The notes under the pieces were generated by a model, which saw only the letters and a program-made list of their open reading frames with translations, had not been told where the DNA came from and made no database searches. From Balamuthia mandrillaris (taxonomy: Eukaryota): a stretch of 64,000 nt of DNA. Positions within the stretch are counted from its first letter, which is position 1. Each line of letters starts with the position of its first letter. The DNA lies in assembly GCA_031835245.2 (NCBI GenBank), contig JAVKOQ020000104.1:1-64000 (forward strand), given 5' to 3'. Position numbers and translations under genes: made by a program. Below are positions 36,108-48,043 of this stretch, in pieces.

Positions 36108-37214
36108 AGAGGAGAAAGGAGAACACGCAGAATGGGGCAGCGAAGGAGCAGAGATAGAAAGATGGAATCAAGTAGCGTAATTTACCAAATGGTTTTCTCT
36201 GTCTCTCAGTCCAACCACTTTCAGAAGTTTCTTAGTAGTGCCCACAGAAAGCAGGTTGAAGCATTTTAAACAACGTTAATACTTACATGCCAACAGGTCC
36301 TTTGCTCGCTTTTTCCTCTCCTTGGGTCCAAGCTTACCTGCAATGGTCATGGGCAACTCTACATTCTCAAAGGCGGACATGGTAGCCAGCAAGTTGAACG
36401 TCTGAAATACGAAGCCTAAACGAGAACAGCTAAGCGCACAGCAGGCTAATACACTCTACACGCCGTCGCTACCCACATGAAGGAAAGGAAAAGCAAGTGC
36501 AAACCTATCTTGGTGAGACGAAGCGAAGCAAGGAAGCTATCCGATGAGGAGGTATCAATGGGAGTGCCCAGTATCTCTGCAACACATTTTCTAGGTGAGT
36601 ATGCTGCAATGGTAGGTTTTGTGGCGACCAAAACAGCAAACAAATGAAGCAACTAACCAATAGTGCCAAGCGATGGTTTATCGATGGTGCCTATGATGTT
36701 AAGAAGAGTTGTTTTGCCGCCACCAGAAGGTCCTCGCAACATGACAAATTCTCCTCTTTGTGGTTGGTGTTACAGGATGAAAAGCCTTTGGTTCATTCGT
36801 TTCCAAGAAGAAGGGAAAAAAAAAGAATATGATAAAGCGGTGAATGGGACGGAGGAAGGAACTACCTTCGTATTGGGTAGAACTCCGAGTTTGGAGCCAA
36901 GTGTATGTCATGCAGAGCTGTTACCACGTCCACTCTTCCCTCAATGGCATAGTCTTCAAATAGAGATCAGCTGGGTTTGCATCGTTCAACATTGCTGGTG
37001 CAGTAACGTACGTTTCTTAAGATGTTTGATCACGATCACTGGCTCGCCCAACGCTTTTTCAATAGGCAGCTGCCAAAGACCTCTTCGTCAGTTGGAGAAA
37101 GCAGAGAGAGAGAGAGAGAGAGAGAGGAAGAAGAGATAGGAGGGGGAGAAGGAGTACCTTTGGCAAGCCTCTTGCTTCAATGGTGTCATCCTCTTCAAAA
37201 GTAGTGTCTCCCAT
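35707..37214 (-). CDS. Standalone ABC ATPase of the LolD/MacB/FtsE type
   Basis: Walker [52 protein letters not shown]. No TM domain, multiple introns. Confidence 0.9.
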
Positions 37215-37451
37215 TATCCTTGCTGTTGCGTTAATGGTGGTAGGAGTGTTGATGGCAGCCACTGGTTGCTTCTTTCTTCGACACACTTTTCCCTAATCTA
37301 TTTTGTCAGCCCAGCCCACCACACCACCACCTAGGAGCGTTACGTCACCCTTGCCTCTTGTGCACTTTTGTTAACACCAAACCCTAACCTTGAGGCGAGA
37401 GAGGGAGAGAGGGAGAGAGACAGGTTTAAATATATTAAAAGGACAAGCACA

Positions 37452-40400
37452 TCAGGGAGAAGAAAGAGGGACAGAGGGCGGGGGGGCTGGCGTTTGGATA
37501 ACCATGGTTTTAGCGTTAAGCTTCAAGGAGGCCAACAGCCGAAGGTACCAGGCGAGGCAAACGTGCTTGCGAGTGTAGTCGTAGTTGGTTGATATGACAT
37601 GGTAGATGTACTTACACAGAACTGTCTGAACGCGCTTGCTGCTTACGCTTTGCAGAAGTTGGTCGAGAGTGTCGAGCAAGCGTTCAAGGTCTTGAATGTC
37701 AATCCATGCGATGTTGCGTGACATTAACATGAGTAACGGTTTGGATTGGTCCAGGGCTGCTAAGTCGTCGTTGGCGCATGAGTCTTTCGTCCGTTGAATG
37801 GTAGGGCTGTGTTCTAGATGCTGATCATGTTGTTGCTCTTCTGCTTCTTCGTTTTGCGGCTGATGTTCTTCATTGAAGTAAGGGAGTGAAGTAGCACAGG
37901 GAGTCCTACATTCAAGGCAAAGAATCTCTTTGGCTTTGTCGGCTAAAGCTTGGAAACAGAATAGAACCAGTGGGTGCGAAGGAGGCAATGAGAACAGAAT
38001 AGTCTGAAAGCACTCTGCAAAGGATTCAAAAGGCAAGCGCTCGCCGTAATACTTCAGACACAGGTTGAGATAATAGGGAACCAGCTTCATAACATGTTGT
38101 GGCATGCGTGGTGGTGATGTAAAGATAGGAGCTGAAGCCTGTCTCTCAAAGAACGCGTGGATGCTGCGGGAGGCTGAATATGCGATGGGATCTTCTCTTG
38201 CCTCCTCCGAAGAGTAGGTTGTTCCAGAGAATAAAGTCTTCAGCACCAAGTGCGCCTTTTTGTTCAGCAAAATATGGCTATGTCCAATTAACCTGTTTTT
38301 TTTAAAAAACAAACTTATGTTAAAAGAAACGGAGGAGAGACAGTGGCAGAATGACATTACGCGAATAGTAGAGGCAAGAGCCTTTGTTGGAGTATATCCA
38401 AAGAAAAGCAATTTATCACTACTTCCATGGCATCAAGGAAGAAATAAAAGCGGCCTGTGGTTAGCTCGTCCATTTTCCGCAGATCTTCTTCTAAAACGAC
38501 CAATGAGATCCACCAAGTTAGAATACGGAGAGAGAGAGAGAGAGAGAGAGAAGTCATGATGAAGAAAAATCAAATAAACAACGAACAAACATACCTGGAC
38601 GAGCACTATTTACAAACAGCAGGTCGGCAATAATGGGAAGCATAGAATCATCGTCAGCAGCGCGTAGAATGAGACGATAGGCCGTAGCATCGTAGAGGTT
38701 AAGTTTAATTCGAGCAAACTGAAGGAAGGACAAGCTTCGCAATGCTAGGATACAATGGTGAGGGTCAATGCGCTGGTCCGCCACCAAGTTGAACAAATAG
38801 TTGAAAGAGAGAAAGATGGTCTGAGCAAATGACATCAATTCAGGCATAAGAGCTGGAGGCACAGCATTGCCCGAAGCATTTACAACGTGTGTCCGCCAAC
38901 CTTCAAACAAAGCTTCTGTGTAGGCTAGTATCCTAGACACAGAAAAATAAGTTGTGCAAATATTGAAAAGAAGGGAGATGATATGATATACCGGGTTAGC
39001 GCGTCTGCGGCTTTGTCCACAGATAAAGATGCAAAGGTAAGGGCAAGGCTTTGCGCAAGGGTAGCAGATTGTTTGAAAAGATAGTTTTTTCTATGCTCAA
39101 AGGCCCTCTCTTTTAAGGCAGGATCCCGTCGCTGCAATCCACTAAAGATCCATTGGTGGTCCAGCACGTCATCCAAACACACATTCAGCAACAAGTCGAA
39201 CAGAAGCTGTAATTCCATCAGTAGGTATTTGAATGTTTTAATATTCTCACGAAATTTCTGCGTACCTCTGCTTGGCTTCTCTGAAGAGGCAAAGCCTCTC
39301 CTGTGTTGATGGCAACTAAACACATGGTACGAGGCCAATGCGGTGCATGATTATGCCCACAGCCCACTTGTGCTGCAGCCTCTTCAATCGCTGTGTGCAA
39401 CAATTGGGCCAGGGCAATGACCGCCTCTTCTAACAGACCCTCTTCCTCTTTTGACATAACAAATGCTTGCCGAAAAATGGCGGCTCCCTTTCTGTGTCAG
39501 AAATTTTAGTGAGTTTCTTGTCCTGAGTGACCATCATCGTCCATTGAAGGAATGTGTACGCACAACAAACCGCCAGCAGCAAACAGAGCAACATGTCTTG
39601 ATGGTGAACCAGGATCTGCAGCGCCGCTGCATTCCGATACTAATACTTGCAACCAATTTCTGGGGAGCGATTGGTAAATATTGGGACCTTCCACAGCCGC
39701 AATAGCAGGCGAGGGTGCTACCATTCCCTCTGTTGACATCGCACGTGAAACGAATACAAAGCGAAAGAGGCGGAACACAACCAGCAAAGACTCCTCCGTG
39801 ACAATAGGCAGACCTGCATCGTGATCGCGGGAGGAATGTGCTGGTGAGTCCGTAAGACCAGCTTGCGGTGCCATTATTGGGTCGTTGCTCTCCACTTGCC
39901 ACAGTCGCAAAAGGAGATGTGTGATTGGCTGGAGCACTTCTAATGGTGCACTAATCATAAGGTTGCCAATTCCTTCCAGCAACACCGGCAAAGCCTTGCT
40001 CCGTCTAACAGTTAAGAATGCATGAGAAGAGGAATACAAGTTTCAACTTTTTAAAAAAAAAATTACGTACAAGAGAGCAGCAGTAGGTTGCTCAAGACAA
40101 CGCCTAATGATTGAATAACAGCGATTCGCCCGTTCATGCGTACCATCGGTATTACCTGGAAGAAGAACGGCATGGGTGCTGCCAAGGTATGCTACGCCCA
40201 GTGCAAACAAGAGCCCAGCTACGGATAAGCGAGGAAGCATTTGTTCGACAATGGTAGCACCCTTAATGGCTTGCTCTGCTTCTTCTCTGATAGCATATTG
40301 ACGGAGCGATCCTCTGTCTATCTGCTGCGCAACGATGCCCAACCACGTGCACAACAAGCGCAGACAGCAAGCAATTGTGCTGTCACTGTGCGGAAGGTTG

Positions 40401-40666
40401 CCCTCTGCTGCCGTTTCCAACAAGTCGAGCAACAAGGATACCATCTCGCTGTTAAACATGCGCGGATGTAGTGACGCCCTGTGTGCGCTCAAGAATCGCA
40501 TATTGGCAAGTACCTATTCCATATTTATCATATTTTCATTATTTTGATCTTATTCCTGTTCTCACTACTGCTTTTGGGTGAGAGAGGAAAAAAGGGCACG
40601 TACGATAGCTGGGCTGACGGCAAGGTAGTCTCTAACGCGAGCAATGCTCTCCTCAAATTGGGCCAT
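37452..40666 (-). CDS. Large alpha-solenoid protein, candidate peroxin Pex8 homolog
   Basis: Multi-exon Leu-rich ORFs starting MAQFEESIARV. C-terminal motifs RFYFFL, LVPYYLNLCLKYYGERLPFESF...LPP and NYDYTRKHVCLAWYL. The gene is well supported; the family call is tentative. Confidence 0.55.
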
Positions 40667-40705
40667 CTGTTCCGGATTTCTGGACGCTTTGTACGCTGAG
40701 ATGGG

Positions 40706-41973
40706 TCATCCATGAAAGATCATCAGTAACGGTATTGATGAGCTTCGTGCCATCGTGTTTTTTTTTTAAAAAAAAAAGTTAGCACTAAAACGTACCTCTG
40801 TCTTCCAAAGTGAGAGGCAGATCTGCCACCTGGTTGGGTTCTGCTTTGCTCTGCTTTCCTGTTAGACTATGCTTTACTCTTTTGAGGTTGATCCAAGTCA
40901 GTGATAAGACAAAAAAGGAGCAACAAGAAACAAGAACAGGAAGATGAACGTGAACGAGAACCAGAAGAGAACAAGAGAGAAAATAAAAATAAACCTGGTA
41001 ACAAAGCGCTCATTGCGGTAAGCCTGCGAGAGATAGGCGAGTTCCGATTTTTCAAAGTACTCGTTCCAATAGAGGGTGGAGCGTTGCCGCTGAGGAAGGA
41101 ACGCAGCGCTACTACCTTGGTCAGAGCCGCTGTCAGCGTCAAAAAAGCGAACGCGCCTCTCAGCAAGCGCCGACAGAAAGACGTCTGCAGGCAGCCCAAA
41201 GTCCTCGGGTAGCACTGCCGCTGCTTGCGCTGGCTACCTCCCTTGAGGTGTTAGTCGATCATCGTTGAGAGTAGAAGAAAGAGAGAGAGAGAGCAGAGAG
41301 AGAGAGAGAGAGAGAGAGAGAAAGTGGAAAAAAGACCAAACCAACTTACCAGAGACTTCAGGGTAGCAAAGAGGTTAGAAACATCAGCGGAGCCTTTGCT
41401 GTTCGATAGCAGTTTGGCGTAGAGCACGAGCAGAAGGAAGGGCGCCACCGCCGAGTCGCTGGGCAGTGGCAGCCGCTCCCTGGGCACCACGTACGACAGG
41501 TCAGCCCGTGCCACGGCCTCGTAAATGTTGGCCAACGTGAAGCGAGGAAGGTCTATCACCTGGAAAAGGGCGTGCAAGGTCAGCGGGTCGAACAGGTTCT
41601 CAATGTAGACCAACGTCTTCACTCGTTTCTTCAGCTGCACGCTCAGCCTTCCCAACCGAGCGTGGCCCACTGGCGGCGGAGGTGGAGGTTTCTTATTCTT
41701 GTCCACTGCAGCCGCATCGGTGTGGCAGAGAGGATCCAAGTGTGCCGCCACGGTTGCCAGTCTGTGGAGAGAGCGCAACCGCCCTGCGTTCAGGCAAGAG
41801 AGGAAACCAGCCAGCCAACGATCTGCCGGCTCAGCGCCTCTTCCTCCTCCTCCGGCAGCGCCCACGACGGGTCCTGTGGCGAGCGATGGAGTCACGTTGC
41901 TATGTACAGACTTTAACTCTGCTCCAGGAACAGCAGCAAAGGCTTGCCTGGTTTGTGTTCTGCCGCTCTCCAT
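40706..41973 (-). CDS. Hypothetical protein (multi-exon)
   Basis: ORFs 41251-42012 and 40898-41215 are bounded by GT/AG sites. The last exon appears to stop near 40706-40725. No motif recognised. Confidence 0.55.
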
Positions 41974-42157
41974 CTCAGCAGCACCACACGCTTTGCTAAG
42001 CCACCCTTGCAAGCAGCAGCACTGCTCCCTCCCTCTCCCTCTTTTCTTTATTTTTGCCCCCCCCCCTGTGCCGGCCCAGCAGCATTGCTACACACCAATT
42101 GCAGCATTTGTGCAGCAACTACCGCCACCACAAGCAGCAGCAGCAGCAGCAGCAGCA

Positions 42158-42199
<42 letters not shown>

Positions 42200-42214
42200 A
42201 GCAGAGAGCGCAGT

Positions 42215-42992
42215 ATGCCCAAGGCCAAGGCGGCGGACCGAGAGAAGGAAAAGCAGGACGCACCCACGCAGGGCGCTACCACCCGAGACACCAAAGGCCT
42301 GGCTGGCAGCAGTGGAGCAGCTGCCAAGAAGGGCGTGCAAAAGAAGAAGCGTTTCTTCACGAAAGAGAGTAAGCATACGCTTCCGCCCCGCCTCTGTCTG
42401 TTTTTTTAACTTGGCCTCTCTATTCCCTCTATGCCCTCTCTTCCTCCAGTCTCTAATATGATGTACGGCTTTGGGTATGTTCTCTCTGCTCTCTCTGCTC
42501 TCTCTGCTCTCTCTGCTCTCTCTGCTCTCTCTGCTCTCTCTGCTCTCTCTGCTCTTTCTACTCTCTGCTCAACGAACAAGCGGTGGTGCCACCAGGGACG
42601 TGCCAAACCCACTGCCAGCCTCCGTGGACCTGGTAGAAGACCTCGTTTTGGAGTTTATTTCAGAGATGGTACGCGTTCAGCTCTCACGGCTGCCATTCCA
42701 TGTTTCTATGCACGTTAAACGGAGGGCCCTTCTCCCTCCTCTGCGCTTCCTCTCCAACGAACGTTGTGACACCAACCACAAAACAAAAAAGACACACAAG
42801 GCAATGCAGGTATCGCGGAAGAGAGGCAAAATAGCAACAGAGGACCTGGTCTTCCTCATAAGGAAGGACCGCAAGAAGTACGCCCGCGTGGTGGAACTCC
42901 TGCGCATGCACGAAGAGCTCAAGCAGGCGCGCAAGCTGATGGACGTCAAGCAGATAGATCAAAGCCATGCCGCTCCTGATGACTTTCTTTGA
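42215..42992 (+). CDS. TAF13: TFIID subunit 13
   Basis: FTKE|..MMYGFG|DVPNPLPASVDLVEDLV...EDLVFLIRKDRKKYARVVELLRMHEELKQARK. Confidence 0.95.
42481..42570 (+). repeat. Intronic 9-mer tandem repeat (CTCTCTGCT)n
   Basis: About 8-9 units in TAF13 intron 2. Confidence 0.9.
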
Positions 42993-43167
42993 AGTCAGCT
43001 CCTCCACCAAAGCTGTGTACATATGATATATACTTCCAGACTTGAAACATGGTTGCAAAGCCGCTCTACACTATAATAATGAGGTACCGGGCTGGTAGAG
43101 TCGTTCCTTTGCTTGTTTATATAAATAAATAAGCTGCTTGCTGTGCTGCTGCCGTAACAAAAACTGA

Positions 43168-43773
43168 TTACAAGGAAAAGAAGATAGAGAGAAGCGTGCT
43201 CAGGAGGAAGGAGGAGTGGCGGGCGTGCAGGGTGGAGGCAGGGCTGAGAGTGAGCTCCGGCAGGTTGGCCTCCTCCACGCTGAGCACGGTGCACTGCTGC
43301 TCGCTGCCGGTGGCGTTGGAGTAGACGTCGGCGCAGGCAAAGGGAGGGTTCTCGGGGAGGCAGTCAGGGTCCGCCAGCTCCCCTCTGCACCGCGTGTAGT
43401 GCTGGCAAAAGTCCTTGCAGGGAGGCAATTTCTTCGGCGCAGACTGGTCCTCGGCCACGCAACGAGAGCAGAAACCAGAGCAGAGGTACTGCCCCAAGTA
43501 TCCCAAGCACTCCTCAGAGAGGACGCACCTGGGATAGCCCGCCTCCTCCAGTCTCTTGCTGGTCAGCTTGGGGGGTTCGTTGTACTCGCTGCAGAGGGCG
43601 TAGTCCTCCCCGCTGATCAGGTACTGTATGTTGCCAGAGGCTGGGAAGCGGCAGAGCTTAGAGGGAGGTGCTGCCGTGCAGTTTTGAACGGCAGAGACCC
43701 CTTGGTTCGTTCCCCACAGCAAGCAGAGCAGCAAGGTGAGGGCCAACCCCATGGACATCCCTTTGGTTTGCAT
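43168..43773 (-). CDS. Secreted, probably GPI-anchored Frizzled-type cysteine-rich domain protein (intronless)
   Basis: Signal peptide, CLGYLGQYLCSGFCSRC...PPCKDFC..C pattern, C-terminal SPASTL plus hydrophobic tail. Confidence 0.7.
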   Translation of the reverse strand: MQTKGMSMGLALTLLLCLLWGTNQGVSAVQNCTAAPPSKLCRFPASGNIQYLISGEDYALCSEYNEPPKLTSKRLEEAGYPRCVLSEECLGYLGQYLCSGFCSRCVAEDQSAPKKLPPCKDFCQHYTRCRGELADPDCLPENPPFACADVYSNATGSEQQCTVLSVEEANLPELTLSPASTLHARHSSFLLSTLLSIFFSL

Positions 43774-44165
43774 TCCTATTCTTACTATCTTGCTCCTTAT
43801 TATCTAGACAGTTCAAAGTAAACTTAGTGTTTTTTTTTTTTTTGGGGGGGAAGGGGGGCCTAGGGGGGTGGGGCAGAGGAAAAGAGAGAGAGAGAGAGAG
43901 AGAAGAGGGAGACAAACACTTCTTTTCTGACGTTAGCTGGCCTGACTTCTCTTTGCTTTTGCGGGGGGGCGGGCTTTTCTGCTCTTTCGTCGTTTTTGTT
44001 GCTGATCTGATCGAATCCATTAATTGTGTCATACGATCTGCAGACTCCTCTGGCGAAAACATTTCGTGACGACGTGAAGAATGGTAAGAGAAATCAACTC
44101 CTCGCGCAAAAAAAAAACTAGAAGAAGAGCAGCAGCAGCAGCAGGGCAGAAGTGGAATTACTGCA

Positions 44166-45469
44166 ATGGAACCAAAAGACGCTGCAGAGGTAGCCTCCCT
44201 TTTCGCGAAGCGGAAGAAGAGGTCGCGTGCACACGCGCGCAAGAAAGGAAAGGAGGAGGACGTGGGGGAGGCCGCCACATCTACTGTCAAAGAGTCCAGC
44301 CTGAAGAAGAAGCGCATGGCTGGAGGGTTGGAACAAAAGGTCGTCAAGGAGAAGCTAGAGGACCCGCTTGAAGAGTATGACTCCAGCAAAACAGCGGTAC
44401 GTCTTATCTTGCTTTCTTCCTGTTGCGAATGCTCACACTCTGATTTATTTATTTTTTTTGAATCACGAAAAGATGCCTCTTGGCAGTACCGACCAGTTGG
44501 CGACAGCCACCTTGGAAACAGAAACGCCTGTTGACAGAGACGCACGGGCCATTCAAGAGCGAGCCAAACAGCTGAACCAAGACCCTGACAACCGGCAGCC
44601 GGAAGATCTCAAGACCTACAAAGGCCTCAGTAACTACACGCAATACATTCAGGCAAGACCTGTTCCAAAAGCTGCTCGGTTTGTTTGTTATTGTTGTTGT
44701 TGTTGTTGCTGCTGCTGCTGCTGTTGTTGTTGTGTTCACTTCTTTCGTCTAGATGTTGTAAACCTAAACTTTTTCTTTTTCTCCCTTATGCAGGGCAGGA
44801 CCGGTGCGAACCTCTCTTCACATAAGAGTAAGCAATAGGTTTGACTATCAGCCTGACATTTGCAAAGACTGGAAAGAAACGGGCTACTGTGGTTATGGAG
44901 GTGCGTTGCTTGTTTCTTCTACAGTTGGAACATTGACAGTTACTTACGCCATTGTTTGCTTCATTGATTTCTTCGTCTGCCACAGACAGTTGCAAGTTCA
45001 TGCACGACAGAGGCGACTACAAGAGTGGTTGGCAATTGGAAAAAGAATGGGAAGAACTCATGGCCAACTCTGCCCAAAGAAGTACGTTCAGTTAACCTGC
45101 ATGCTTAACCAAACATCCCACCGGAACTGTACTAACCTTTTCGCTATTCTTGGACCAAAAGGAGCTGAATTAGAAGTGTCTTCTTCCGACTCAGATGACG
45201 ACCTACCCTTTGCTTGCTTTATATGCCGAAAGCCATTCACAGACCCAGTTGTCACACGGTGCGGCCATTACTTTTGCGAGCGATGTGCGCTGAAGCATCA
45301 TCGTAAAGACACCAAGTGTTATGTGTGCAAGGAGCAGACCAATGGCATCTTCAACCAGGCTAAAGACCTTCGACGAAAGCTGGAGCTCAAAAAACGAAAG
45401 CTGGAAGAGAAGGAAGCGAAAAGGCAGCAAGCAGGAGGGGAAGCAGACGAACAAGAAGAGGACAACTGA
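44166..45469 (+). CDS. RNF113A: Splicing factor Cwc24/RNF113A (CCCH plus RING)
   Basis: [37 protein letters not shown] and [29 protein letters not shown]. Confidence 0.96.
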
Positions 45470-45735
45470 CTTGGTTGCCTTCTTCGCAGCAACAACCTAT
45501 TTGTACAAACAAAGCCAAAAGCAAGGAGCTGCTTGTTTTTCTGTTTTTTTGCTTAGTTTAAAAAAGAAAACTCTAAACAACAACAACAACTACAAAATTG
45601 AAGAACAATAAAAGCAGCGAAGGGAGGGGAGGAGTGGATAATGCTACAAGGAAAAGAACAAGGCACAACAGTACAAGTACAGGTGTACACTGCTCTGAGA
45701 AGAAGGGAAAGACGGAAGCATTGTAACAGCAAAGC

Positions 45736-47020
45736 TTAGAGACCAAGGCCAGAGTCGTCGAGAGCTTTGTGGAGGATGATGTCCTTGACGGCGTTGAAGA
45801 CGTGCATGATGTTGTCAGTGTCAGTAGCGCAGGTAATGTGGGGATAGATGTGTTTCTTGGGTTGATCGTTTTGTGCCACAAACTGCTCTCGGATGTAGGA
45901 GCTGCAGCCCTCAAACTCTTGGCCGCCGTTGTACTCGGGGAAGCAAACGGTGAGGGGCACCCGCTTGATCTTGTCCTGGAACAAATCCTTCTTGTTCAAG
46001 AAGAGAATCATGGAAGTTTCCATAAACCACTTGTTGTTGCAAATCTCCTTGAAGAGCTTCAAGGACTCGTGCATGCGGTTCGTAGAATCATCCTCATAGA
46101 GCTTGAGGTCGTACTCGCTGAGAGCCACACAGAAAATAACGGCTGTGACGTCCTGGAAGCAATGCATCCACTTTTTGCGCTCGCTTCTCTGACCGCCCAC
46201 GTCCACCATCCGGAAGTGAGTCTTATCCACGTCGAACTCAGTCTCGATGATACCGGTGGTCTTGGCGCGGGACCTCAGCACGTCCTGCTCGTCCGGCACG
46301 TAGCCCGCTGCCGCCAAGTTGTCTATCTTATCAAAGTAACTTTAATGGTATGGGTTAGAAGATGAGGGAAAGTGGATGGAGAGAGAGAGAGAGAGAGAGA
46401 GAGAAGCAACGTACTAAGCTGCAGAGTCGTTAAGCTGGAACTCGTTGGAACGGGCAAAAGCGGAGCGAATGCCCTCATCTTGCCACAGGGTCTTGATGTC
46501 AGCGGCGATTTGTTGGGTCATTTCCCCTCCGTTCATGAACTCGTCGTTTTCGAGCATCCTGGTGGAGGCCTCCGCGCTCTCCTCAGCAATCTGAATGCCC
46601 AAGTCCTCGCAGGCTTGGCAGAGGGCGCGCATGGAACTAATAGCGTTGTTGTATATGATGGACTTGTAGGCTTTGCGATCCTCAGCGGAAAAGCCATCCT
46701 TGTGAATGATTCTCATCTGTTTGGCAATGGTGCTCTTGCCGCTTTCTCCAGCACCTGCAAGTACCAACAAAGCAAAACATCGACAGAAAGAGGGAATGAT
46801 GATCAGCATATCAACAAAGGCAGGGCAAAAATGGAATTTTTTTTGTTGACAAGGCCGGGTTGCCAAGGAGGAAGCAGTTTGGAGGAGGAAACGTACCCAG
46901 CAGAAGGAGCTTTACCTCATTTTCGAGCCTCCGCTTTTCATCCGCAAGGTGTTTGTTGATGTCCTTGTTTTTGTCGGCCTGCTCCTTGTCCCCAGTCGCA
47001 CTTGAGGCACCACAACCCAT
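45736..47020 (-). CDS. Heterotrimeric G-protein alpha subunit
   Basis: [37 protein letters not shown]. Two introns. Confidence 0.97.
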
Positions 47021-47697
47021 TTTTTATTTTTTGATGAACAAGAACGAAGCAAGAATCTTTTTTTTTTGTGATTTTTTCCACAGTCAGTTTTTTTTTAAAG
47101 TTTAGAAAAAAACAGCGTTTCTTTCCTCTTTGCTGCTTCCTTCCTCCACCTCCCCCACAACAAAACACCACAACAACGAAAAAAACGCACCGCAACACAC
47201 CCCACACACACACAAAAAAAAAACAAATAATCCAAATAATCGGAAAAAAAAAAAAAGGTTCACCACCACACCAAAAAAAATCCCCCTCACAACGAACAGA
47301 GAGGAGGAGTTTTGTGGTGACCAAACAAACTAACTTCAGTCGAACAAAAAATGGTGGGGGGAAGGGGAGAAAATAAAGGAGCACAAGAATTTGCGGGTCA
47401 AGCTTGTCAAGCTTGTCGAGGGAAGGAAGGGAGAGGAAAGAAGGAGGCAATGGAGGGGAGGGAAAGTACCTGTTTTTCGAGTAAGGCAGTTACCCCCTTG
47501 TTTTTGCCCGCGTAGTTTTGTTTTCTTTGGGTGAAAAGAAAGTGGTGGAAAGAAAAAATGAGGGGAGTACGTTGCGTGTGTGTGTGGGTTCAACTCCCCT
47601 TAAAATGAGCAACATTAAAAATAACCGCAATAATGCATGTTGGCTCGCTTTAGCTTATGTAGCAGCAACCAAGGACATTGTTATGGGGAGATACGCA

Positions 47698-47738
47698 CCT
47701 CACTTTAGTTTAATTACCGCAATTAAACTAAAGGGAGG
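47698..47738. repeat. Intergenic hairpin (13-bp perfect stem, 5-nt loop)
   Basis: CTTTAGTTTAATT-ACCGC-AATTAAACTAAAG, extended by CCTC/GAGG. Confidence 0.85.
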
Positions 47739-48043
47739 AAAACGAAGAAGAAAAGGAAGCAGAGAGAAAGGCACCACTTTACTTCAACGAAAATAAATAA
47801 GCGGCGTCTTCATGGTACAGCTAAGAACTCAACCAACCAGAGTGGTCAATTCAAGCCCTTTTTTTTTTAAAAAAAAGAGGTGAAGTAGAAGTGCCTCCTC
47901 TCCTCTTTTGTTGTTGCACCTTTCAATGGGTACGCCGTGTTGAGGCCGGAGTGTGAGATTGCTGGCAGTAGAAAAATGAAAAGAATAAAGAATAAAGAAA
48001 AAAAAGAAAAGAGAGAGAGAGAGAAAAAAAAAGAAAAAAGAAA

